This document shows positions 41,449-49,543 of a DNA stretch of 64,000 nt, one piece after another. Numbering within the stretch: position 1 is the first letter of the stretch; the number at the start of each line of letters is the position of its first letter. This stretch comes from a bacterium. Its GTDB lineage: Bacteria > Patescibacteriota > Minisyncoccia > UBA6257 > GWB1-50-10. The stretch lies in assembly GCA_021801565.1 (NCBI GenBank), contig JAJYXV010000003.1:196894-260893 (forward strand), written 5' to 3'. A model generated the notes under the pieces. The model was not told the origin of the DNA, made no database searches, and saw only the letters and a list, made by a program, of their open reading frames with translations. The position numbers were made by a program, and so were the translations under genes.

Positions 41449-41748
41449 CTATTCAATAATTGCAAGGATATCGTCTTCCGAGACAAGATAATATTTTTTT
41501 TCATTATCTTCAATTTTTTTCTCATCAGACCACGGTTTTGAAAAAAGTATCTTGTCACCAATTTTCACCGACATGGAAATTTTTGTCCCATTGTCACTCA
41601 TTTTTCCTGGACCAATTGCGACAATTACTCCCTGCATACGCTCCTTTTTTTGCACATTATCCGGAAGTACAATACCGGATTTTGTTGTTCTTTGTTCTTC
41701 CTCGATATATTCAACAAGAACATTATTTGATAACGGTTTAATATTCAT
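41449..41748 (-). CDS. groS: co-chaperonin GroES
   Basis: 99 aa. MNIKPLSNNVLVEYIEEEQRTTKSGIVLP. Confidence 0.9.
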   Translation of the reverse strand: MNIKPLSNNVLVEYIEEEQRTTKSGIVLPDNVQKKERMQGVIVAIGPGKMSDNGTKISMSVKIGDKILFSKPWSDEKKIEDNEKKYYLVSEDDILAIIE

Positions 41749-41760
41749 ATTATTTTTAAG

Positions 41761-41787
41761 TTAGCACTGACGACTTTTTATTGCTAA
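41761..41787 (-). promoter_or_regulatory. degenerate CIRCE-like inverted repeat upstream of groES
   Basis: TTAGCACTG-N9-TATTGCTAA versus consensus TTAGCACTC-N9-GAGTGCTAA. Located 13 nt upstream of the groES start. Confidence 0.4.
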
Positions 41788-41820
41788 TGCATATATGATT
41801 ATATTCGTCGGATGAGGAGT

Positions 41821-41911
41821 GTCAACCCGGTAGTAGAAATTCGATATGTCGCCTTGCGACACAGTTATGTGCAATTGAATTTTCACTACCGGGTCAATCC
41901 CATAGTAGAAG
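41821..41911. repeat. ~95-nt imperfect-inverted-repeat element, copy A
   Basis: Arms gtcaacccggtagtagaaattc and gaattttcactaccgggtcaa flank an inner palindrome tgtcgccttgcgaca. Followed by a direct half-site gtcaatcccatagtagaag. Near-identical to copy B at 44995. Confidence 0.6.
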
Positions 41912-41959
41912 CTCAATTATAATTTTGCAGACTTCCATGTATTGTCATATAGTCAATAC

Positions 41960-43660
41960 ATGGATACTGGATGGATTTTTTCGTACCCCGAAGAGAGTGT
42001 CGTGCGTCGTGCGTTTGTGTTTGCTGAAAATGCCCATAAAGACGTAAAAAGAGAAAGTGGAGATCCTTATATTATTCATCCGCTTGCGGTTGCAAATCTT
42101 GTGCGTGAATGGGGACTCGATGATGCGAGCATTGCAGCGGCATTCTTACATGATGTTCTTGAAGACACCTCCCATACACAGAAAGAACTAGAAAAGATCT
42201 TCGGAATAGAGATTGCTCAAATTGTCGATGGAATGACGAAATTGCGCAATTTTAAATTTGGAGAAAATCCGGATGCCGAAAATATACGAAAACTTATCCT
42301 TTCCTTTGGGAAGGATTTGCGTGTTATCTTAATAAAACTTGCAGATCGATATCATAATATGATGACACTAAAATATAAATCCCCTGAAAAACAAAAAGAA
42401 ATTGCGTGGGAAACAATAGAAATATACGCACCGATCGCATATCGTCTCGGGATGCAAAAATTAAGCGGGGAACTTGAAGATCTTTCATTCCCCTTTCTTT
42501 ATGAAGAAGAATATAAGTGGCTTACAGAAAATGTAAAAGAACAACATGAAGAACGGGTTATATACGCAGAGAAGGTGAAATCTGCGCTCCATAAAATGCT
42601 TGAAGAAGCGCATATTGAACCAATCACAATTGATTCCCGTGCAAAGCGATATTACAGTCTTTACAGAAAACTAATGAGAAATGATATGGATTTGGGTAAA
42701 ATATATGATCTTGTTGCTGTTCGGGTTATCGTAAACACCATTGAGGAGTGTTACGGAGTTCTTGGGGTTATACACAAACACTGGTCCCCACTTCCCAGAC
42801 GTTTTAAAGATTATATTGCAGTTCCAAAATCTAACGGATATAGAAGTCTTCATACTGTTGTTTCTGCACTTGAAAACAAAATAATAGAAATACAGATAAA
42901 AACTAAGGAAATGCATCAGGAAAACGAGTTTGGTATCGCAGCTCATTGGGCGTACGAACAAACTAAAAAGGATTCCACCCAAAAAACAAAAGAATGGCAC
43001 GGGGTACAAAACAAAAAAGAACTTTTATGGGTGCAACAGCTCCAAAATTGGCAAAATAAATTTGTGAATCAACAAGATTTTCTAGAGTCATTAAAAATTG
43101 ATTTTTTTAAAGAGAGAATATTTGTACTTACTCCAAAAAATGATGTGATTGATCTTCCTGCAGGATCTACACCAGTTGATTTTGCATATCATATTCACAG
43201 TGATATAGGAAATCAGTGTACTGGTGCAAAGGTAAACGGGAAAATTGTCCCACTTGATTGCGAACTTCACTCAGGAGATGTTATTGAGGTGTCCACACAG
43301 AAAGGGAAGAAACCGTCAGAGGATTGGCTTCGTTTTATCAAAAGTTCAATGGCAAAAAAATATGTGAAAAGTTCACTTCGTATAAAAGATAAAAGATTGC
43401 AAACAAAAATTTCTGCGCCAAAAGAAATCCAATTTAAAATTGCAAACCTCGATCGTCCGGGATATCTGAGAGAAATCACAAATGTTTTCGGAGATTTAGA
43501 TATCAATATTCTTTATTTAAACAGCCAGACGGACCCACGAAACATGTTTTCAATAGTGATTGTAAGATGTGCAACAATTCAAAAACAAAAACTTACTAAA
43601 CTGCTCATGAGAATTAAAAAAATTCAAGGAACAAAAGAAATAAGTTATTACTATATTTAA
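41960..43660 (+). CDS. rel: bifunctional (p)ppGpp synthetase/hydrolase (RelA/SpoT homolog)
   Basis: HD domain (HDVLEDT), synthetase domain (YRSLHTVV), TGS and ACT regions. The track ORF begins at a TTG at 41942, so I prefer the ATG at 41960. Confidence 0.85.
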   Translation: MDTGWIFSYPEESVVRRAFVFAENAHKDVKRESGDPYIIHPLAVANLVREWGLDDASIAAAFLHDVLEDTSHTQKELEKIFGIEIAQIVDGMTKLRNFKFGENPDAENIRKLILSFGKDLRVILIKLADRYHNMMTLKYKSPEKQKEIAWETIEIYAPIAYRLGMQKLSGELEDLSFPFLYEEEYKWLTENVKEQHEERVIYAEKVKSALHKMLEEAHIEPITIDSRAKRYYSLYRKLMRNDMDLGKIYDLVAVRVIVNTIEECYGVLGVIHKHWSPLPRRFKDYIAVPKSNGYRSLHTVVSALENKIIEIQIKTKEMHQENEFGIAAHWAYEQTKKDSTQKTKEWHGVQNKKELLWVQQLQNWQNKFVNQQDFLESLKIDFFKERIFVLTPKNDVIDLPAGSTPVDFAYHIHSDIGNQCTGAKVNGKIVPLDCELHSGDVIEVSTQKGKKPSEDWLRFIKSSMAKKYVKSSLRIKDKRLQTKISAPKEIQFKIANLDRPGYLREITNVFGDLDINILYLNSQTDPRNMFSIVIVRCATIQKQKLTKLLMRIKKIQGTKEISYYYI

Positions 43661-44640
43661 TCAACATCATCTTTCAGGAGTGAATTAATTATTGATTGCC
43701 ATTCATCACGCGAATAAAATTCAATGACAATTCTCCCCTTGTCTCTGTTTTTTATAATTTTTACAGGTGCACCGAGTTTTTCTTCAAGTTGACGCTCAAG
43801 ATGTAATTCTTCCGGGTTTTGTGTGCGTTCTTGTAGTTTTTTCTCGCGCATATGACGCACGGGCGTCTTCTGCTCAATAAGTTGTTCGAAAATCTTTTGC
43901 TGTTCCGCAATGTTTTCAAAAGAAAGAAGTGTGCGAGCCTGTGATTCGTTTATTTTGCCTTCGGCAAGTGCTGTCTGCATATGCGAGGGAAGATTCAAAA
44001 GTCGTAATGTATTTGCAATTACCTCTCTACTTTTCCCCATACGTACAGCGATTTCTCTCTGGGTAAGACCAAATTCATCTTGAAGACGTGCATATGCCCT
44101 TGCTGCATCCAGGGCGTTTAAATCACTTCTCTGTATATTCTCAATAAGCGCCATTTCTAGGCGTACTTTTCCTGTATCTATCTTTTTTATAATCGCAGGT
44201 ATCCTTTCCAATCCAGCGATTTTCGAAGCCATGAGTCTTCGTTCTCCGGCGATGAGTTGATATTCTACATCGGTTCCCCCCGGTTTTTCCCTCACTATTT
44301 TAGAAACTATAAGTGGCTGAATTATTCCAAACTCACTTATTGATTGGGCGAGCTCATCAAGATCCTCTTTGTTAAATGTTTTCCGTGGTTGATATGGATT
44401 TGATTTTATTTTTTCAATCTCTATTTGAAATACTGATTCTGATTTTACATCGAATTTTCGTTTTTGATCGTAATTCTTATCTGTTATTTGTTGTTTTATT
44501 TCTTTTGTTACAACGTGCCTATTTTCAAAAAGATTTTCTGCGTTATCATGCGGAATATTTTGTTTATATTCTTCTTTTTTTATTTCCCCATCATTTTTCT
44601 TTGGTGGAATAAGTGACTGCATTCCATGTCCAGTAGTCAT
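43657..44640 (-). CDS. parB: ParB/Spo0J chromosome partitioning protein
   Basis: 327 aa. LIAGERRLMASKIAGLERIPAII (ParB box) and the helix-turn-helix. Confidence 0.85.
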   Translation of the reverse strand: MTTGHGMQSLIPPKKNDGEIKKEEYKQNIPHDNAENLFENRHVVTKEIKQQITDKNYDQKRKFDVKSESVFQIEIEKIKSNPYQPRKTFNKEDLDELAQSISEFGIIQPLIVSKIVREKPGGTDVEYQLIAGERRLMASKIAGLERIPAIIKKIDTGKVRLEMALIENIQRSDLNALDAARAYARLQDEFGLTQREIAVRMGKSREVIANTLRLLNLPSHMQTALAEGKINESQARTLLSFENIAEQQKIFEQLIEQKTPVRHMREKKLQERTQNPEELHLERQLEEKLGAPVKIIKNRDKGRIVIEFYSRDEWQSIINSLLKDDVD

Positions 44641-44994
44641 ATATGCATATTATATTACGTTTATACAACGAATAAAAGTTACAAATGTTTCCCAATAAAA
44701 CCAAAACAGAGGTACTTATTTACCTCCCTTGCAAAATTTTTCTTCCATTACTAATTTCGAGGTCTAATATGTGAGTAATAAATATAAAGGACAACTCGAA
44801 ACGATGAAATATCTAGATTTTACTTAAGGGAATGAATAGGATTCCTCTGTCTTAGTAAAAACGCACGTACGTTGGTCTTAATCGAACGAGAAAAACATTC
44901 CACAAAGCTTCATACCGGCCGGATACTCCACCCTATGGTCTGCTCAACGCGCGCAACAAGAACCAATAAAAATAATACTTTCCTAAAATAGAAT

Positions 44995-45141
44995 GTCAAC
45001 CCGGTAGTAGAAATTCGATATGTCGCCACACAACACGACTATGTGCAATTAATATCTACATTCAAAATAGATAATAAAATTGAGCGTTTTCTCCCTTATG
45101 CAATTGAATTTTCACTACCAGGTCAACCCTGTTAGAGACAG
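44995..45141. repeat. inverted-repeat element, copy B (with 55-nt internal insertion)
   Basis: Same arms as copy A. The insertion aatatctacattcaaaatagataataaaattgagcgttttctccct is flanked by direct repeats tatgtgcaatt / tatgcaatt. Followed by half-site ggtcaaccctgttagagacag. Another half-site gggtcaaccccgttgataatag lies at 45244-45266. Confidence 0.6.
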
Positions 45142-45296
45142 ATCACAATCCAAGTTTATAAATAAAATACACGGGTAGCACAAATGCAATTTCTATATAT
45201 TATCTCCCCTCTGATACATTCTTAGTGATCGCGGTCTCTACACGGGGTCAACCCCGTTGATAATAGTTTTTTCCTTGTGTAATATAATGCAAAAAG

Positions 45297-46313
45297 TTAT
45301 TTATTTTCAGGCGTAAGTGAATCAAAAAAATCTTTAAAGTTCCCTTCTTCGTGTATCATAAGTACTAATGGTTCTTTTGTGTCAGATGATATCTCCCCAT
45401 TAATAACTTCTTTTTTTGTTTTTTCATGTTTTATATCAAGGGTGGGAGGTGCATATGTTCCATAATCATACTCATATGTTTTTTCTACATATGGATGAGA
45501 CGAAATTGTCTCAAATATATCCCTCTTTGGTGGAATAGAATGCTCTTTCTGGTTTTCATTTCCACGTATGATTTCTTTTGCAAGCTCTTCATATGCAATT
45601 GCCCCTGGACTTTGTGGGGCATACAACATAATTGGTTTTTGAAAGCGAGGCGATTCTGCAAGTGCCACCGAACGGGGTATTTCGACGTCATACACTTTAT
45701 ACGGAAATCTTTTTCGTATTTCTCTTGCAATATCTCGTGAAAGTTTTTCCCGCTTATCGTACATTGTAAGCAGTGCTCCGCTGATTTTTAACGGATGACC
45801 GAGATTTTCCCTTATGAGGTGAACGGTATCAAGTAACTGCGGGATTCCTTCAAGACTGTAATATTCACACTGCACTGGAATTACCACTTCGTCCGCGGCC
45901 ATAAGCCCGTTTACAGTAAGTAAGTTTACCGTTGGCCCGAGATCAATGAGTATAAAATCATATTGATCGCGAATTCGATCAATAAATTTTTTGAGAAGCG
46001 ATTCTCGATCGGGAACTTCGATGAGTTCGACGAGAGCTCCCGCAAGATCTTGTGAAGCGGGCACTACATCAAGACGTGCGAGATAGGTTCGCTTTATTAC
46101 TCGATCAGTCTGTTGACCAGCAAGAAGTGCATGATAAATTGTTTCACTTGGTTCATGTATCACTCCTAGTCCAATCGTGGTGTTGTATTGCGGATCAAAA
46201 TCAATGAGAAGTGTTTTTTTTCCAAGTATCGCAAAATATCCACTCACATTCATGGCGGTGGTTGTTTTTCCTACTCCCCCCTTTTGATTAAAAATTGCTA
46301 TAACACGAGACAT
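45297..46313 (-). CDS. parA: ParA/Soj-family partition ATPase with ~80-aa C-terminal extension
   Basis: Deviant Walker A KGGVGKTTTAMNVS. Start trimmed to MSRVIAIFNQKGG. Confidence 0.85.
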   Translation of the reverse strand: MSRVIAIFNQKGGVGKTTTAMNVSGYFAILGKKTLLIDFDPQYNTTIGLGVIHEPSETIYHALLAGQQTDRVIKRTYLARLDVVPASQDLAGALVELIEVPDRESLLKKFIDRIRDQYDFILIDLGPTVNLLTVNGLMAADEVVIPVQCEYYSLEGIPQLLDTVHLIRENLGHPLKISGALLTMYDKREKLSRDIAREIRKRFPYKVYDVEIPRSVALAESPRFQKPIMLYAPQSPGAIAYEELAKEIIRGNENQKEHSIPPKRDIFETISSHPYVEKTYEYDYGTYAPPTLDIKHEKTKKEVINGEISSDTKEPLVLMIHEEGNFKDFFDSLTPENK

Positions 46314-46418
46314 AAATAAACACAAGAAAACTTACAGATTTTCTTTATTATTTATAAATTATACCATTGATGTGAATATTTACTATAAATATATTTTATG
46401 GCAAACTAAAGAAACAAA

Positions 46419-46507
46419 GCCGAGGTGGCGGAATTGGCAGACGCGCAGGACTCAAAATCCTGTAATCTTTATAGGTTGTGCGGGTTCAAGTCCCGCCCTC
46501 GGCACCA
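46419..46507 (+). tRNA. tRNA-Leu (anticodon CAA), CCA encoded
   Basis: Acceptor GCCGAGG/CCTCGGC, anticodon loop ctCAAaa, long variable arm, T-arm GCGGG-TTCAAGT-CCCGC, discriminator A then CCA. Confidence 0.8.
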
Positions 46508-46514
46508 TAAAACA

Positions 46515-46548
46515 AAAAATCCTTCTTTAATGAAGGATTTTAAAATAT
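46515..46548 (+). terminator. terminator after tRNA-Leu
   Basis: aatccttc-tttaat-gaaggatt hairpin followed by ttaaaat. Confidence 0.5.
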
Positions 46549-46635
46549 GGGAGGCGATGGAGGAATTTAATATCCTCAAGTATTGATCCCTCAAAGAGAT
46601 CAACAACTCGCTGTTACTCAGCTACATCGCCATGC

Positions 46636-46708
46636 GTGGGCGGAAAAGGGCTCGAACCTCTACTTTCAGCATTAAGAGTGCTGCGTTTTCCCAGTTAAAC
46701 TATCCGCC
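46636..46708 (-). tRNA. tRNA-Lys (anticodon CTT)
   Basis: Reverse complement reads gggcgga-ta-gttt-aactggga-aaac-g-cagca-ctCTTaa-tgctg...ttcgagc...tccgccc-a. All stems pair. Confidence 0.75.
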
Positions 46709-46715
46709 CAGTGCG

Positions 46716-46789
46716 AGCGGGCGACAGGACTCGAACCTGCGACCTCTTCCTCTGCAAGGAAGCGCTCTAACCAACTGAGCTACTCCCGC
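46716..46789 (-). tRNA. tRNA-Cys (anticodon GCA), irregular acceptor stem
   Basis: Reverse complement gcgggag-ta-gctc-agttggtta-gagc-g-cttcc-ttGCAga-ggaag...gcagg-ttcgagt-cctgt. D, anticodon and T arms are canonical. The 3' acceptor strand (cgccccg) pairs imperfectly with gcgggag. Confidence 0.55.
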
Positions 46790-46794
46790 TTGTG

Positions 46795-46891
46795 ATTTTT
46801 TTAAAAAAAATAAAGGAGAATCCACAATAGGAATTCTTTCCGGAGAGATTCATCTGGCGCCTCTCCCAAGCGCCCCGCCATAAGGATTCTC
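46795..46891 (-). terminator. large nested GC-rich hairpin plus T-run (terminator for nth; possible structured RNA)
   Basis: Outer 9-bp inverted repeat ggagaatcc/ggattctcc encloses ggagag...ctctcc and GC-rich gcgccccgcc. A run of T8 or longer follows on the minus strand. Confidence 0.45.
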
Positions 46892-46932
46892 CAAAAATAC
46901 TGTTCTCTATTCTATAAAAAATAAAAATCCTG

Positions 46933-47553
46933 TCAAGCAATTTTTGAAAGTGGACAGTTTTTGTGATCATGTTTTCGTGCGGGACAAAATTTTCGTCCAT
47001 ATTCAATTAAGTAATAGGTAAGTTTAAACCATTCTTTTTTTGGAAAAAGCCTCATTAAATCCTTTTCTACTATGTCAGGTGTTTTTCCATTACTCAATCT
47101 GAGAATGTGTGCAAGTCGAAATACGTGTGTATCTACAGCAATTCCTTCCACTACCCCATATGCGTTTCCGAGTACTACATTTGCCGTTTTCCTTCCCACA
47201 CCGGGAATTGTTATCATTTCTTCCATCGTTTTTGGAATTTTTCCGTTATGGTTCCCTTTTATATACCTTGCCGCTGCAAGTATATTTTTTGTCTTATTTT
47301 TATAGAATCCGGTTGGAAAAATATCCTTCTCAAATTCTTTTGGTTTTGCTTTTATATAATCATCAAACTTTCTATATTTTTTAAATAATTTCTCAGTCAC
47401 TTCATTTACCTTTTTATCGGTGCATTGTGCCGAAAGCATCACCGCAACGAGAAGTTCCCAATTATTCCTGTATTTCAACATCATCCCTGCGTGGGGGATA
47501 ATTTTTTTGAGTTCTTTTAAAATTTGTTCAGCTCTTTTTTTCTTTTTCTCCAT
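46933..47553 (-). CDS. nth: endonuclease III-like HhH-GPD DNA glycosylase
   Basis: LSAQCTDKKVN, helix-hairpin-helix PGVGRKTANVVL, VDTHVFRL. The C-terminus has only 2 Cys (FCPARKHDHKNC) where 4 Cys form the Fe-S cluster in canonical Nth. Start trimmed to MEKKKKRAEQ. Confidence 0.7.
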   Translation of the reverse strand: MEKKKKRAEQILKELKKIIPHAGMMLKYRNNWELLVAVMLSAQCTDKKVNEVTEKLFKKYRKFDDYIKAKPKEFEKDIFPTGFYKNKTKNILAAARYIKGNHNGKIPKTMEEMITIPGVGRKTANVVLGNAYGVVEGIAVDTHVFRLAHILRLSNGKTPDIVEKDLMRLFPKKEWFKLTYYLIEYGRKFCPARKHDHKNCPLSKIA

Positions 47554-47572
47554 ATTTATTATTCTAATGTTC

Positions 47573-48274
47573 TTAAGAATTTGAGAATAAGTAAGACGCA
47601 GCGATCGCCGCAGTTTCACCGCGCAGTATGAACTTCCCGAGACTTACAATCAAAAATTTGTTTTCCTCAGCATTTTTTAATTCGTTCTCGCTCCATCCCC
47701 CCTCCGGTCCCACAAAAATATTAATTGTATTTTCCTCTTTTATTTTTTTCATTAAATTACGTATATCAATTCCATCACGATTGCAAAAAAGGGTAATACC
47801 ATTTCTTTTTTCTTTTATGATGTCATTAAAATCGGTAATTTCTTTCAATTCTGGAATGATTCCTCTTTCCGATTGTTCCGCGGCTTCTTTTATGATCTTT
47901 AGCACACGCGCTCTTTTTATATTCAATTTCACTGTTTTTTCAGTGATGAGTGGAGTGATGGCGTTCACTCCAACCTCAACCGCCTTTTGTACTGCAAGTT
48001 CAAAATTTTCTTTTTTAAGAATACTCAAATACAAATGGACGTTCCTTTTTGACTCGTTTTTATTTTTTTCCAATGAAACTACTTTTGTATCTATATTTTT
48101 TTCTACACGTGTGATTTCTACCGTATATTCATTTTTATTTTCATCACATAATAAAATTCTTTCTCCCACACTTAAGTGAAGTACATTTTTTATTTGATGT
48201 ATCATTTCTTTATCTTCAACTTTTATCCTTCTCTCCATAATCGTAAATTTTCCAAAAAATCTGTGTATTTTCAT
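47573..48274 (-). CDS. rsmE: 16S rRNA (uracil1498-N3)-methyltransferase RsmE
   Basis: 233 aa. PUA-like N-terminus and C-terminal VGPEGGWSENE (RsmE GPEGG motif). Confidence 0.7.
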   Translation of the reverse strand: MKIHRFFGKFTIMERRIKVEDKEMIHQIKNVLHLSVGERILLCDENKNEYTVEITRVEKNIDTKVVSLEKNKNESKRNVHLYLSILKKENFELAVQKAVEVGVNAITPLITEKTVKLNIKRARVLKIIKEAAEQSERGIIPELKEITDFNDIIKEKRNGITLFCNRDGIDIRNLMKKIKEENTINIFVGPEGGWSENELKNAEENKFLIVSLGKFILRGETAAIAASYLFSNS

Positions 48275-48283
48275 ACTGTTTTA

Positions 48284-49537
48284 TTATTCAGAACGTAACG
48301 CTTCCATTGGACTTTTCTTTGCTGCCTGCCGCGCTGGGAAAATGCCGAATAAAATCCCAGTTCCGCAAGACACCAATACTCCAAGTATTAATCCACCAAT
48401 TGAGAAAAAAAATGGGAAATGAGTATTCATAATATAAGAGGCAACCAAAGTAATGAGAAAGGTAAGCACTGACCCAGCAATGATACCAAGCATTCCTCCT
48501 AAAAATGTGAGAAATATTGATTCGAGTAAAAATTGGGAAAGAATATTTCCATTTGTTGCTCCGAGCGCTTTTCGAAGTCCTATTTCACGCGTCCGTTCGG
48601 TTACCGAAACAAACATAATGTTCATCACCCCGATTCCCCCGACAAGAAGAGAAATTGCGGCAACAAAAGCAAGAAACACGGTTACTGCATTTAAAATACT
48701 ATCCACGCTTTTTATAATATCTTCCTGTGTGCTTACGATGAAATTATCTTTTTTTGGATCTTCAATGTCATGATTTTCCCTAAGTACACGTTTTATATCC
48801 ATCACCATTTCTGGTACCGCTTCGGTCGACTTCGCTTTTATTGCTATCTCGTGAAAATAGCGGATACCCAATACATATTGTTGCATTGTGGTATATGGCA
48901 CGAGTGCAATGTCGTCTATACCAAACATTGAAGAATTTGATGTCGAAAGAATTCCTATTACTTTAAATTTTTGGTCTTTTATTTTAATTTTCTCTCCAAT
49001 TGGATTTTGCAAACCAAACAGATCTTTTGCCACATTTTTTCCGATAACCGCTACGCTTGCTTTTTCATTCACCTCATCACTTGTGAATTTTCTTCCGGTA
49101 TTTACAGAAATATTGTAAACCTCAAATGCATATGCGCCGGTACCAAGTATTGTTGTTGTTCTTACCTCTGGCCCATATGAAATACTCATTGATCCATTTA
49201 CCGACGGATTTACAATCGTCGCATCCGGTACATTTGTTTTTTTCTCCAGACTTTTTACATCTTCTTCGGTTAAAGATTTCAAAAGCATTGATGCTGATTG
49301 GTTGCTAAAACTAAACAGTCCCCCATCAGACGGTTTTCCCGGATTAATAAAAACATTTTCTGATCCAAATGATTGTATTTCTTTTACAATCAACTCCGTT
49401 GCGCTTCCTCCGATAGACATAACAATCATAATGGCGCTTACTCCAATTACTATTCCAAGTATAGTAAGAAATGATCTACCCTTGTGTGTCACTAGAGCCT
49501 GTATTGATGTTCTTATTATATCTTGGGGATGTAGCAT
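48284..49537 (-). CDS. ABC transporter permease (MacB/FtsX-like)
   Basis: 417 aa. TM1, large periplasmic domain, 3 C-terminal TM helices, conserved TREIGLRKALGA. Confidence 0.8.
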   Translation of the reverse strand: MLHPQDIIRTSIQALVTHKGRSFLTILGIVIGVSAIMIVMSIGGSATELIVKEIQSFGSENVFINPGKPSDGGLFSFSNQSASMLLKSLTEEDVKSLEKKTNVPDATIVNPSVNGSMSISYGPEVRTTTILGTGAYAFEVYNISVNTGRKFTSDEVNEKASVAVIGKNVAKDLFGLQNPIGEKIKIKDQKFKVIGILSTSNSSMFGIDDIALVPYTTMQQYVLGIRYFHEIAIKAKSTEAVPEMVMDIKRVLRENHDIEDPKKDNFIVSTQEDIIKSVDSILNAVTVFLAFVAAISLLVGGIGVMNIMFVSVTERTREIGLRKALGATNGNILSQFLLESIFLTFLGGMLGIIAGSVLTFLITLVASYIMNTHFPFFFSIGGLILGVLVSCGTGILFGIFPARQAAKKSPMEALRSE

Positions 49538-49543
49538 AATATA

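Noticed and set aside
45052-45106. 55-nt insertion in repeat copy B flanked by a 9-10-nt direct repeat, considered as a miniature IS or MITE insertion
   Set aside because: It is far too small to carry terminal inverted repeats plus any coding capacity, and no transposase is present in the window. Replication slippage or duplication is more likely.
44641-45296. oriC, DnaA-box cluster or parS site in the parB-parA spacer
   Set aside because: Only weak partial matches (cattccaca, tgtttccc). No repeated TTATCCACA-like boxes or 16-bp parS palindrome could be found by eye. I kept it as a hypothesis in the findings, not as a feature.
44641-47000. Search for SRP RNA, RNase P RNA, tmRNA or 6S RNA in the larger intergenic regions (18350-18860, 44641-45296, 46790-46932)
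   Set aside because: No conserved signatures were recognised (GGAAGCAGCC-type SRP loop, RNase P P4 AGGAAAGUCC, tmRNA tag-reading frame with a tRNA-like end). An Infernal scan would be needed to be sure.
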